A DNA stretch of 36,790 nt from assembly GCA_022837205.1 (NCBI GenBank), contig JALHEL010000001.1, positions 1 to 36,790 of the forward strand, in the 5' to 3' direction. The notes beneath the pieces are model-generated. The model made no database searches. It saw only the letters and a program-made list of their open reading frames with translations, and was not told the DNA's origin. Position numbers and translations under genes: made by a program. Origin of the DNA: Leptolinea sp. (GTDB taxonomy: Bacteria; Chloroflexota; Anaerolineae; Anaerolineales; Anaerolineaceae). Below, in pieces: positions 26,531-36,739 of this stretch. How positions within the stretch are numbered: the stretch's first letter is position 1; every line of letters starts with the position of its first letter.

Positions 26531-27580
26531 TTACGGAGCAGCCGGGGTTTCTTGGGTTTGCAGTAAAGCAGCAGGCGGTGTGAAAGTAACCGTCGGCAGC
26601 GTCCAATTCATTGTCTCTTCGGAAATATTTCCCTCTTTCCAAGGGAGGTAACTCAGAAAATCATTTAATGGCAGCCCTTTGGTTATTTCAAATCGGCCGA
26701 GATAATAAAGATTGTCGCGACTTTGTTTGGTCACATGTTGTTTTCCCATCGCTGCTTTATATAAACTTGAACTGACTTTACTGGCCATAACACCGCCGGC
26801 ATCTGGAATTCCTCCCGGATAAGCAAAAACTTCAATGGGCACACCGAATTTTTCTTCAAGCAATATTTTGGACTTACCGATTTCCTGTCCGTAATAAGCG
26901 GGATCATGATTTCCATCATATCCGCTGCTGCCAAGTTCCCACCCATCATTCATCATTTCTTTTATTTGCTCAGAGGAAAGGCAGTTCTTCGTATCAACCT
27001 GTGCAGCGACTAACATCAGATTCCCCGCCATCCCATATTTTTTGAGAATGGGATAAGCATTTTTATATTGTCCGAGCTTGGATGAATCAAAAGTGAACAT
27101 AACCGGCTTCGGAGGAAGTTCCCCTCCTTCAAGCAATACTTTGACCAACTGCGACAGCCCGATACTTGTATATCCCAGTTCATAAAGTATCCGAACCTGT
27201 TGCTCAAATTCAACGGAAGGAACATTTAATGGACTTTCCCATTGATAATAAGGGTCTTCATTCGCATTGTTGGCAACATCATTATAGTAAAGGATCAGAA
27301 CTTCTGCAGATCCGGCCGGATGAGTAATCCAAGTTGCGGTCGGCGGGATTGTCGGAGTCGATGTTATCGTCGGCGTAAACGTAATCGTCGGGGTTTCTGT
27401 CAAAGTCGAGGTCGGGGTCGGCGGTGTAAGAGAAGCGATCCTGTTATTTTCGGCTTGAATGGTTGATGCGGCAATGGTATAAAGCACATTTTTATCGACA
27501 TTCCGCTCAGGCATGTTACAGGATGTAACAAAAAAAGCTAATAAAGCTAAAATTACATATTTGCAGGATCTGATTTTCAT
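26531..27580 (-). CDS. Lipoprotein with Pro/Thr linker and a degenerate polysaccharide deacetylase (CE4/NodB-like) domain
   Basis: Lipobox-like FVTSC, TPTPTST.. linker, LPPKPVMFTFD, AYPILKKYG, FAYPGG. Confidence 0.82.
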   Translation of the reverse strand: MKIRSCKYVILALLAFFVTSCNMPERNVDKNVLYTIAASTIQAENNRIASLTPPTPTSTLTETPTITFTPTITSTPTIPPTATWITHPAGSAEVLILYYNDVANNANEDPYYQWESPLNVPSVEFEQQVRILYELGYTSIGLSQLVKVLLEGGELPPKPVMFTFDSSKLGQYKNAYPILKKYGMAGNLMLVAAQVDTKNCLSSEQIKEMMNDGWELGSSGYDGNHDPAYYGQEIGKSKILLEEKFGVPIEVFAYPGGIPDAGGVMASKVSSSLYKAAMGKQHVTKQSRDNLYYLGRFEITKGLPLNDFLSYLPWKEGNISEETMNWTLPTVTFTPPAALLQTQETPAAP

Positions 27581-27661
27581 AATTCCACCTTTTTATCGAA
27601 GTGTTGTGATCGACATTTTATAATCCGCCATATAAAATCTTATTGATCAATTTCTTTTTAA

Positions 27662-28600
27662 TTAAAATCCATAAAAACCAATCGTAATACATTGAAAGTA
27701 TAGCAACAGAATAAGATTTAGATAAGAGAGCCACCCTAATAATTTCCAATTTACGGGAAAACCCTTCATTATTTTCTCAATCAGAACAATCTGGAAGGAC
27801 ACTGATGGAAGTAGAAGTAATTGCGGCGCCAATAACTCCCAACTTACACCAAGCCGGTTCATTAGAATCAGTGAAAGGTATGCTAAAAAGTAAAATAAAT
27901 GATGTAGCCTGAATTTTCTCTTTTGCAAATAATTGACAAAAAAGCCTGGTTTAAAGGAAACTTGATGATCCAACATCGACATACCCAGTATGAATCGGAA
28001 TGCCAGAAAAAAGCAAAAATCCGGAATCAGATAGCTGAGAATATATTTTTGAAAAGGATAATTTTGATGGCCCAATATCACTAAGACAGATGGGAAGAAA
28101 ACAGTTAACAATCCGTCGAAAAGCTCTTCCGACCAGTTGACTCTTGGATTGTTTCCCGCAAAAGAGAAAATTAAAATCGAAATAATCATCAACAGGAAAA
28201 CAAAGTTTAAGTTCCATTGATTCTTTTTATTCAAGAAAAGAAAAGACATATATACAGCAACTAATAAAAAGAATAAGAAATATATAACCAGGTTAACCGA
28301 TACAGCATCTTTTTCATTCTTATTGATCTCATTCGGTTTTCCCCAAGGTACATTTAAGAACGTAATTGATTTTTCATCGGATGAAAAAATATAAAGCCGC
28401 ATTTGGAGAAGATTGGCTGTGATTAAAGAAATAATCGTTATTAAAAAAATCAAAACAAAAGCCGTCCAATTTATCGGTACATCCCAAAAATTAATAAATT
28501 CAACGGTTGAAAGCATCACCCCTAAACTAATCGGTATCTTCCACCAAGGAACAACCTTTAAGATCATTTGCAATTGTCGATAAAATTTTGATTGCATCAT
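27662..28600 (-). CDS. Polytopic membrane protein, possibly a divergent UbiA/MenA-fold protein
   Basis: 312 aa with about 8-9 hydrophobic segments. The size and topology resemble UbiA-fold proteins, but no aspartate-rich motifs are visible. Confidence 0.55.
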   Translation of the reverse strand: MMQSKFYRQLQMILKVVPWWKIPISLGVMLSTVEFINFWDVPINWTAFVLIFLITIISLITANLLQMRLYIFSSDEKSITFLNVPWGKPNEINKNEKDAVSVNLVIYFLFFLLVAVYMSFLFLNKKNQWNLNFVFLLMIISILIFSFAGNNPRVNWSEELFDGLLTVFFPSVLVILGHQNYPFQKYILSYLIPDFCFFLAFRFILGMSMLDHQVSFKPGFFVNYLQKRKFRLHHLFYFLAYLSLILMNRLGVSWELLAPQLLLLPSVSFQIVLIEKIMKGFPVNWKLLGWLSYLNLILLLYFQCITIGFYGF

Positions 28601-29326
28601 TTATTTCCAGCGATATCCGCCGTCAACCGGAATATCAATACCTGTTATATAATCCGATTTCATCAAGTAATCGACAGCGTTTAAAATATCTTCCGGTTCC
28701 CCTGATTTTTTCAATAAAGTCTCAGAGGATAAATGTTTCCATGTCTTCTCATCCATCGATTCCTCAGGCAAAATCAGACCGGGAGAAATTGAATTGACTC
28801 GGATTTTAGGCGCAAACGTTTTTGCGAGAAGAATGGTTAAGTCACGTACGGCAGCTTTACTCAGAGTATATCCGCCATATTCTTTCCAATATTGGTAAGA
28901 TCCCGAATCGGACATATTGATAATCAAACCCGATTTCGTCGGGTTTTCACCAATCAATTTTGCCGCCTCTCTGGAACATAACCAAACGGCTCTCAAATTA
29001 ATGTCGAATAAACGGTCCCAATCTGTTACGGATAATGTGGCTAAATTGCTTCGATAAAAAATTGCGGCATTGTTAATGAGTGTTGTCAACCCGCCATTTT
29101 CACGGATAAAATCAAACATTCGTATAATTTCATCGACATTTTGAAGATCCGCTTTTATAAGTGAAGCAGCCCCTCCAAATCGATGGATTTGTTGACAGGT
29201 GTTCTCTGCTTCCATGTCATCATGTAAATATTGCAGCCAGACATGATAACCCGATTCAGCCAAATGGCAGGCAATCATTTTACCAAGTCTTCGAACGGAT
29301 CCGGTAATCAAAACACTTTCAGGCAT
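28601..29326 (-). CDS. Short-chain dehydrogenase, pteridine reductase (PTR1/FolM)-like
   Basis: TGSVRRLG (TGxxxRxG variant), LINNAA, YTLSK, RVNSISPG, VDGG. Confidence 0.85.
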   Translation of the reverse strand: MPESVLITGSVRRLGKMIACHLAESGYHVWLQYLHDDMEAENTCQQIHRFGGAASLIKADLQNVDEIIRMFDFIRENGGLTTLINNAAIFYRSNLATLSVTDWDRLFDINLRAVWLCSREAAKLIGENPTKSGLIINMSDSGSYQYWKEYGGYTLSKAAVRDLTILLAKTFAPKIRVNSISPGLILPEESMDEKTWKHLSSETLLKKSGEPEDILNAVDYLMKSDYITGIDIPVDGGYRWK

Positions 29327-30494
29327 GCATAGAATTCCGCAAAATTTCTTTTAAATCCTGATCCGTAATTTTGTATTGATCTCTGGTTAAAGCCCCACCC
29401 CCGATAACATAAGCTCCCTCGGCTATACGATCAATATCATCCTCGGTAAATCCATGGTCAGATAAGTTTAAACCTCCTACGCCGCATGCGATTTTTAATG
29501 CTTCAAGTGCATCCAAGAAAGCTTTGGCATTTTCTTGAACGGTCTTTTTTGAATCGCCCATACCGATCGCAAAAGCTAATTTTGAATAAAGTTCCGGTAT
29601 TCTCTCCGCTCCTAACTGATGAAAAGCTTTTGAGATCATGATCAACCCCTCTCCGTGAATAACAGTCGGATCAATCCCGCTCAAACTGTGTTCGATCACA
29701 TGAGCCGAAGTGGCGGAAGCTAAACAAAGTACCATTCCTCCGAGAGTCGCCGCCCAAGAAACCGCAGATCTGGCTTCGATATTCTTTCCGTTTCGAACAG
29801 CCTCGGGTAAATTTTCAAAAATTAAGCGAACTCCTTCAAGTGCAAGAAGATCACTGAACGGATTTGCTTTTTGAGAAATAAAAGCCTCTATATTATGAAA
29901 CAATGCATCAAATCCCTGATATGTTGTATAACGCGGATTAATATTTATCGTCAAATCGGGATCAACGATGGATATTATCGGAAACTCACAGCGTATTCCG
30001 ACTTTTTCACCGGTTATTTCATTGGTAATTACAGACGTCGGGTTTCCTTCGGTTCCGGTTCCGGCTGTAGTCGGAATGGCTATTAATGGGAATCCTTTTT
30101 GAGTAAAATCTTTTTTGCCCCCTTGTCCGACCGGTACATAATCCCATAAATCTCCCGGATTAGTCATCATCATCGCAACTGATTTTGCCGTATCGATACT
30201 GCTTCCTCCGCCTAAGCCGATAAAGAAATCACACTTTTTTTCTCTTGCAATATCTCTGGCTTCCATCACATTTTTCCGAATAGGGTTCGGCACAACCTTA
30301 TCATATAACACATGGTCAATATTTCGATATTTTAGAATTTTATAAACCTGATCAAGGTATCCGTATTTCTGTACGGAAGTCCCTCCGGTAATAATCATTG
30401 CTTTTTTCCCGGGTAACGAAATCGTATTAAGTTGTTCCAATGTTCCGCTTCCAAAAATAATTTGAGTGGGTATTTGAAAACTGAAATTCTTCAT
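29319..30494 (-). CDS. Iron-containing alcohol dehydrogenase
   Basis: GGGSSIDTAK, IPTTAGTGTE, GFDALFHNIE, AHVIEH, HGEG metal ligands. Confidence 0.93.
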   Translation of the reverse strand: MKNFSFQIPTQIIFGSGTLEQLNTISLPGKKAMIITGGTSVQKYGYLDQVYKILKYRNIDHVLYDKVVPNPIRKNVMEARDIAREKKCDFFIGLGGGSSIDTAKSVAMMMTNPGDLWDYVPVGQGGKKDFTQKGFPLIAIPTTAGTGTEGNPTSVITNEITGEKVGIRCEFPIISIVDPDLTININPRYTTYQGFDALFHNIEAFISQKANPFSDLLALEGVRLIFENLPEAVRNGKNIEARSAVSWAATLGGMVLCLASATSAHVIEHSLSGIDPTVIHGEGLIMISKAFHQLGAERIPELYSKLAFAIGMGDSKKTVQENAKAFLDALEALKIACGVGGLNLSDHGFTEDDIDRIAEGAYVIGGGALTRDQYKITDQDLKEILRNSMHA

Positions 30495-30518
30495 TTCTCA
30501 CTGCTCCTTTCTTTTCGG

Positions 30519-32024
30519 TTAATTATTCCGGCTTTGATATTCTCGTAACATCTTTGCTGCGGTTTTGATTCTCTCTAAAACAATGTCTTTGCCGATTATT
30601 TCCATGCTCTCAAACAGAGGAGGGCTGACTTTTCTGCCCGTCACGGCTACGCGCAATACCCCAAAAACCTGAGCCGGCTTTAACCCTAATTCTTCAACCA
30701 ACGCTCTCATCTCCGGTTCTCCGATCCGCGGACTGATTTCCGGAAGATCAGCCAATACCTGATAACTTTTCTCGGCTATTTCAGCACATTTTTCGGCGGT
30801 TAGCCCCTTTTGAATTAAATCTTCTGTCTGGGGAGTGACATGATCTTCAAAGAAAAAACCCGCTATCTCAGGCGCATCATCTAAAGTGACGATTCGTTCT
30901 TGAATAATAGGCGTGATTTTCAACAATGTCTCGTCATCCGGATGATACCCTTTTGCCTCGAAGAACGGCTTAATTCGGTGAGCGAGATCTTCAACCGGTA
31001 ATGCTCGAATATGGACGCCATTAAAATAATCGAGCTTCGTAAAATTGATCGCCGCGGGGGAAGGATTCAGATGGTCTATCGAAAAATCCTTGATCAAGTC
31101 TTCCATTGTAAAAAACTCTGTATGATCGTCATAACTCCACCCCATCAAAGCGATCCAATTTGTGACGGCCTCAGGCAAATAACCCAAATCTTTAAAATCG
31201 GTCAAAAAAATTGAATATCCGTCTTTAATCAGATCAGCGGATTCACGCTTGGACATTTTCCCTTTTCCGCTGGGTTTCAGAAAAACTGAAAGATGAATCC
31301 AAACCGGTTCTTCCCATCCGAATGCCTGAATAATCATATGATGCAAAGGGAGTGTGGGTATCCATTCGGAACCCCGAATAACATGGGTAATTCCCATCAA
31401 ATGATCATCCACCATAGCCGCTAAATGATATAATGCCCAACCATCCGATTTAACAATGATATAGTCATCGATTGTTCGGTTTTCTACTGTTATCTCCCCA
31501 CGGATGGCGTCATGTACAGTCGTAACACCCTCCTTCGGCGTCTTAAAACGGATAACATAAGGTTCACCGGCCACGATTCTTTTTCTCGCTTCTTCAAGAG
31601 GAATATCTCTGCATTGTCCGTCATAATGAGGGAACTCTTTCCTTTTTTCCTGTTCCTCTTTCATCCGATGTAAACGCTCGGGAGTACAAAAACAATAAAA
31701 AGCGTCTCCTTGCTCGATTAATTGTTCCGCATATTTAAGGTAAATCTCTTTCCGCTCCGATTGTCGATAAGGACCGAATTCACCCGGTTTGTCAGGTCCT
31801 TCATCCCAGTCAATTCCCAACCAATGAAGCCCATCCATCAATTCCTGTTCGGCATTTTCGATATAACGCTTGCGATCAGTATCTTCAATTCTGAGGATAA
31901 ATTTTCCTCCGGTTTTTTTCGCAAGAAGATAGTTATACAACGCGGTCCTTCCGCCCCCTAAATGGAGTCTTCCGGTAGGGGAGGGTGCAAATCGAACACG
32001 TACGGGTTTCATTTCATTTGTCAT
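30519..32024 (-). CDS. gltX: Glutamate--tRNA ligase
   Basis: RVRFAPSPTGRLHLGG, LRIEDTD, YCFCT, ITHVIRGSEW, KMSKR. Confidence 0.98.
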   Translation of the reverse strand: MTNEMKPVRVRFAPSPTGRLHLGGGRTALYNYLLAKKTGGKFILRIEDTDRKRYIENAEQELMDGLHWLGIDWDEGPDKPGEFGPYRQSERKEIYLKYAEQLIEQGDAFYCFCTPERLHRMKEEQEKRKEFPHYDGQCRDIPLEEARKRIVAGEPYVIRFKTPKEGVTTVHDAIRGEITVENRTIDDYIIVKSDGWALYHLAAMVDDHLMGITHVIRGSEWIPTLPLHHMIIQAFGWEEPVWIHLSVFLKPSGKGKMSKRESADLIKDGYSIFLTDFKDLGYLPEAVTNWIALMGWSYDDHTEFFTMEDLIKDFSIDHLNPSPAAINFTKLDYFNGVHIRALPVEDLAHRIKPFFEAKGYHPDDETLLKITPIIQERIVTLDDAPEIAGFFFEDHVTPQTEDLIQKGLTAEKCAEIAEKSYQVLADLPEISPRIGEPEMRALVEELGLKPAQVFGVLRVAVTGRKVSPPLFESMEIIGKDIVLERIKTAAKMLREYQSRNN

Positions 32025-32079
32025 TAGAATTTTTCTCTTTTCGTCTATAAAATTTATTTTTTATATTTTGATTCTGATT

Positions 32080-33154
32080 TTACACGATCTCTTCTCTTTT
32101 TTCTTGTCGGGTCGCGACGCTTTCAACCAACCCGATCGCAATTGTTAAGGCAAGTGTCGATGATCCTCCGTAGCTTATAAAAGGTAATGTTAATCCGGTT
32201 ACGGGAAGGACTTGAAGATTTACGCCGATATTCACCGCCATTTGGAAAAAAATTAATGTGGCTACGCCATAGCAAATCAATGATCCAAATAGATCCGGTG
32301 CCAATCTTGCCGCCCGTAAACAGCGCAAGATAACAAAAACCAGCAAAAATATTACGATAATTGTACCGATAAAACCGAATTCCTCACCCAATACCGAAAA
32401 AATAAAGTCTGTATGACGAACCTTCAGAAACCGTAACTGAACTTGCGTACCGTTGCCGTAACCTTGGCCGAATAATTTTCCGGACCCTAACGAAATAACC
32501 GCTTGGTCTACATTATATTTATCACCGTATCTGGCATTTTCAGATGGTATCCGGCGAAACCAAAATCCAGATGGTTATCCCGATCAACAAGATCACTCCG
32601 ATGGTTCCGAGAATGATAAGGTATTTCGTCGGAATTTTACTCACCCACAACATTGAGAACCAAATTACCATCATAACGATGGATGTACTCATATTTGGTT
32701 GCAGCAAAATGAAAAATACAATTCCGAAAGTTAAAGCAAAGCTTTTTAGAATCCATCGCATATCGTGCTTCGAATTAGCATGATCCGAAAAATATTTAGC
32801 CAAGCGAATAATGAGAATTGTTTTTGCAAATTCAGAGGGTTGTAATGAGAAGGGTCCTATCTGTAACCATCTGGCCGATCCAAAAGTAGCCTGCCCGAAT
32901 AAATTCAAAGTTAACAATACCAAGATAATCCCAAAATACAACAAATTAGCCAGTGACTCAAGATAGTGATAATCGATCAAAGTCAAAATCATGATCAGGA
33001 CAAATCCCAAACATACATAAATGATCTGACTGTTTACACTGACCTCAAGGTTACCCGCTAAGGCAGATTGAATCATCACAATACCGAAAACGCAAAGGAT
33101 GACAATATCACCAAAAAGCCAAAAGTCAAAACTACGCCAAAACTCTTTTCTCAT
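32080..33154 (-). pseudogene. rodA: RodA (SEDS glycosyltransferase), split by a frameshift with an apparent deletion near 32543
   Basis: 5' part has GSARW, QPSEFAK, LLQPN and stops at 32540. The +1 frame from 32541 reads ENARYGDKYNVDQAVISLGSG..HTDFIFSVLGEEFG..PVTGLTLPFISYGGS. Confidence 0.88.
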
Positions 33155-33201
33155 TCGTTCTTAATCTTTTTCAAACCTTATCTTTTTTATACGCATAAAT
33201 C

Positions 33202-35295
33202 TTATTGAATCAGAGAACCCGGCGTTTCGCCGGCCCGCTCGGCATCATATTCCTTCAAAAGAAAATAGTTATCCAAAATTCTTCGTACCGGATATCCTGC
33301 CATATAAGCGCCCTCTTTTCCGTTATAAACAAATACAAGTATCGCTATTTCCGGGTTGTCGTAGGGTGCATAAGCTACCGTCCAAGCGTGCGAAGGCCAG
33401 TTTCCGAATTTGCATGCATCCTTCGCCATCGCAATATCATCGCAATATTCCGCAGTTCCGGTCTTAGCCGAAGATTGATGTGTATCACCGGCAAAAGCTT
33501 CGCTGGCGGTTCCTCCCGGTTGGGTCACTAATCGCAATCCTTGCCGGGTTAAATCAATTACCGTCGGATCAACCGTTTTATATTTCCCGGTCTCCTCTCC
33601 GTTTTCATCATAAACCATAATTTTGGGGTCTTTTGTGATATCCCATAGCATTTTCGGAGTAAAAGGAAGAACAACATTTCCGCGATCATCCAATACTTCT
33701 TTAATAATTGTGGGCTTAATATGAATTCCCTTATTAGCGACGGTGACAAACGAACCGAGAACCTGCAAAGGAGAAGCGCTGATATAACCTTGCCCCATAG
33801 AAGCCAAATAAGTATCACCTGTCGCCCAAGATTCCCCTTTATTCACCCTTTTCCAGGTTCTGGTCGGAATCATACCGGTCTCTTCTCCCGTTAATTCAAT
33901 TCCGGAAATTTCTCCGTATCCCAATGCGTGAGCATATTGTCCGAGCCGGTCGATTCCTAATCCTTCAGGAACTTCATCTTTGTATCCGCCGCCGACTTTA
34001 TTAAAATACAAGTTACATGACCAAGCAAGCGCATGCAAATAATCAACCTGCCCATGACCGGTCCGTAAATGGCATACATATTCTTGTTCCGAACCGGGAT
34101 CATTCGGAGAATAGCTGTTTTGAATAAAGATATGTCCGGGACAATTAATATGGAAATCAGGCGAAACTACTTTCTCATTGATCGCGCCGATACCTGTAAC
34201 TATTTTGAATACGGAGCCCGGAGGTTGAGCCACTTGAGTCGCATGATTCAGTAACGGTTTGGACTGATCCAACGATAGTTGCTGATAATAATAAGCCGGA
34301 ATATAACGGGTCATTCGATTATTTTCGAAAGTTGGTTCTGAGACTAAAGCCAGTATTTCTCCCGTTTGCGGATTCATGGCAATTGCAGCCCCGTCATGCG
34401 TTAATGGGCCGGTGACACTGATCCGATTATAAAAATCCATCGTATCCAACATTGCGGCTCTGGCGACATTTTGCAAACGGACATCAATCGTCAGTTTCAC
34501 ATTGTAGCCCGGAACCGGATCCTTTGGCGGTTCCAAATCCCGAGTTTCCAAGCCGGCAACATCTTTTTCAACGACTCGACGCCCGTTCTTCCCGGATAAC
34601 AAATCCTGTAAGGAAGACTCAACACCCGCATACCCATATTTATCCTTATTTAATATAAAGCCGCGACTTTCCATCTCGTCGGCAACCGTATCGGGTATGG
34701 GACCGAGAAATCCTATCACCTCGGAAGTATCATACCCCGTTGGATATTCTCGAATCGAATTGACCCGAACTCCGACCCCGGACATATTTGCCGCTAATTC
34801 TTGAACGATCATTGCGGTTTCTTCCGGAACATCGCATTTAATCGCGGTCTCCGCGTAAGGAGTCAACGAGTTAGCAATATAAATAATTTGAGATATTCCG
34901 AAATCCGTCCCGCATTCACTGTAAAGCCGCACAGTCTCTTCATTGATTACACCGTTATTTACAGGAATATCGAGTATTTCGGATAGCTTTCGATAAATGG
35001 CTTGGATATCTCCTTCATCAGTCGGAAGATTTGCCGGTGTAATAACAATGTCATACGTAGGTACATTCCTGGCCAGGACCACTCCATTACGGTCATAAAT
35101 AATTCCGCGGGTAGTTTGTTCCTTTACAATCGATATTCGATTTTCATCGGCTAAACTGAGATAATAGTCTCCTTCTACCAGTTGAATGACAACCAATCTA
35201 TAAATAAAAAAGAGGATAATAGCACCCATCACCACATAAAATGCTACAAATCTTCGGTTTTTAAAATCCAGTTTTTCTCGATTAAATTCATTCAT
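33202..35295 (-). CDS. mrdA: Penicillin-binding protein 2
   Basis: N-terminal TM, RGIIYDRNG, REYP, GSVFK (SxxK), SCN (SxN), KTGT; located between mreD and rodA. Confidence 0.95.
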   Translation of the reverse strand: MNEFNREKLDFKNRRFVAFYVVMGAIILFFIYRLVVIQLVEGDYYLSLADENRISIVKEQTTRGIIYDRNGVVLARNVPTYDIVITPANLPTDEGDIQAIYRKLSEILDIPVNNGVINEETVRLYSECGTDFGISQIIYIANSLTPYAETAIKCDVPEETAMIVQELAANMSGVGVRVNSIREYPTGYDTSEVIGFLGPIPDTVADEMESRGFILNKDKYGYAGVESSLQDLLSGKNGRRVVEKDVAGLETRDLEPPKDPVPGYNVKLTIDVRLQNVARAAMLDTMDFYNRISVTGPLTHDGAAIAMNPQTGEILALVSEPTFENNRMTRYIPAYYYQQLSLDQSKPLLNHATQVAQPPGSVFKIVTGIGAINEKVVSPDFHINCPGHIFIQNSYSPNDPGSEQEYVCHLRTGHGQVDYLHALAWSCNLYFNKVGGGYKDEVPEGLGIDRLGQYAHALGYGEISGIELTGEETGMIPTRTWKRVNKGESWATGDTYLASMGQGYISASPLQVLGSFVTVANKGIHIKPTIIKEVLDDRGNVVLPFTPKMLWDITKDPKIMVYDENGEETGKYKTVDPTVIDLTRQGLRLVTQPGGTASEAFAGDTHQSSAKTGTAEYCDDIAMAKDACKFGNWPSHAWTVAYAPYDNPEIAILVFVYNGKEGAYMAGYPVRRILDNYFLLKEYDAERAGETPGSLIQ

Positions 35296-35798
35296 TATGA
35301 AGATTCTTCCTTATAACAAACAGAATTCGCAAAATCATTCAGCAGTCCATAAATTGGGAAACAATAGATTAGATTTAATACCAGTGACGGCACCGCAATT
35401 TGAGTCACGATAGTTTTCAAATTCGGTGAAATATCGTTGATATACAATACAAAATAAGAAATGACAGCTGAAATAATCGAACCTGTTATTGTCACAAATA
35501 TCATTAATATGATAGGCATTTGCCAAAAGCGACTTTTCAGAAACCTTATAAACAGCCAAATAATTCCATAAATGAAAAAATATCCATATAACGGTAAAGC
35601 TGACAGATAAGTCATTATCAAAGCTCCTAAAAGGAGCCAAATCCATGAATAACGGGTATACGGATTGAGTGACCAAACAATCAACATTACCATGATCACA
35701 TCACCGGTACCGTTCAAAATATGTATTCGACTGAACAAGGATCCCTGTAGGATTCCACCTAAGATCAGGATAACAAATGAGGAAATGATTTCTTTCAT
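35295..35798 (-). CDS. mreD: Rod shape-determining protein MreD
   Basis: 167 aa, hydrophobic, LQ..and D-x-I motifs, located between mreC and mrdA. Confidence 0.8.
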   Translation of the reverse strand: MKEIISSFVILILGGILQGSLFSRIHILNGTGDVIMVMLIVWSLNPYTRYSWIWLLLGALIMTYLSALPLYGYFFIYGIIWLFIRFLKSRFWQMPIILMIFVTITGSIISAVISYFVLYINDISPNLKTIVTQIAVPSLVLNLIYCFPIYGLLNDFANSVCYKEESS

Positions 35799-35815
35799 TT
35801 AATCGACAACTATCT

Positions 35816-36643
35816 CTATTCCAAAGGTTCCACGTTTGAAGGACGGAAATTCGCCACCACCAAGACTGCTTGAAGGTTACTAAAATCCTCTGCCGGTTGA
35901 ATGGATGCCGATTGAAATAGTTCATTTTCCAGCTTATTCACATTTAATATCTGCCCGATCACTACTTCGGCAGGAAAATTCCCCCCCAATCCCGAAGTTT
36001 GTACAATTTGTCCGGCCTGCAATTCCGCCTCGGGAGATACCATTTCGATTGTAAGATCGGCAGTCACCGAACCTTTGACGACTCCATCCGCATCCGCCTC
36101 AACAACATGGGCGTTCACTAACGAACCGGCATCGGTGATTAATTGAACTCTGGCGGCGGACGCGGTGACGGCGCTGATTCTTCCGACCAGACCCTTCTCT
36201 GTTACAACCGGCATATTATAAGCAATCCCGTCATCGGATCCTTTATCGATCAGGATATATTGCAAAAAAGGACTCGGATCGACACCGATTACGGCAGCTG
36301 CAATATATGTCTCTTCCGGTCTTCCGCGCGCGAATCCTAACAGAGAATACAGAATATCCGCTTCTTTCAAGTCTTGTTGTAATTGAATAATTTCCGTTTG
36401 TAAAAGAGATACTTGTTCCTGTAAGGCTTGATTTTCAGCCCGGAGTTGAGTAACATCTCTCGGTATTGTAAAGAACTCATAAACCGTCTGAATCCTTTCG
36501 GCGGTCCATTTTTGAACTTGAATAATCGGATCAATTAACCCGCTCAAAGATTGGGTCAAGAAACCGCTTAAAGCCAAAAATATGACTCCCGAAATAATTA
36601 AGGTCGCTACGATCTTCTGCCAGTTCTTTTTAACATTATTCAT
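35816..36643 (-). CDS. mreC: Rod shape-determining protein MreC
   Basis: N-terminal TM, coiled coil (LRAENQALQEQ), IDKGSDDGI, GLVGRI, TSGLGGNFP. Confidence 0.95.
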   Translation of the reverse strand: MNNVKKNWQKIVATLIISGVIFLALSGFLTQSLSGLIDPIIQVQKWTAERIQTVYEFFTIPRDVTQLRAENQALQEQVSLLQTEIIQLQQDLKEADILYSLLGFARGRPEETYIAAAVIGVDPSPFLQYILIDKGSDDGIAYNMPVVTEKGLVGRISAVTASAARVQLITDAGSLVNAHVVEADADGVVKGSVTADLTIEMVSPEAELQAGQIVQTSGLGGNFPAEVVIGQILNVNKLENELFQSASIQPAEDFSNLQAVLVVANFRPSNVEPLE

Positions 36644-36654
36644 ATCTTTGAATT

Positions 36655-36663
36655 ATTATAACA
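36655..36663 (-). promoter_or_regulatory. Extended -10 element upstream of mreC
   Basis: Minus strand reads TG-T-TATAAT, 11 nt before the mreC ATG. Confidence 0.5.
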
Positions 36664-36739
36664 ATTTGGGAACAGGTAAAGATCAGAAAGAACATTAAGG
36701 GATAAAGAAAATTAGAAAAATAATTAAGTCTCAAATAAA

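Noticed and set aside
27340-27430. Repetitive DNA in the lipoprotein gene
   Set aside because: Explained by the Pro/Thr linker codons; not an independent repeat element.
32538-32548. prfB-style programmed +1 frameshift at ATC TGA in rodA
   Set aside because: There is no CUU-U slippery codon or nearby internal SD, and a conserved RodA segment is missing, which frameshifting would not restore.
1745-36340. Many short antisense or alternate-frame ORFs in the track (for example 1745-1996, 13312-13788, 17863-18339, 22837-23208)
   Set aside because: They lie mostly or wholly within well-supported genes and show no recognisable motifs; they are treated as shadow ORFs.
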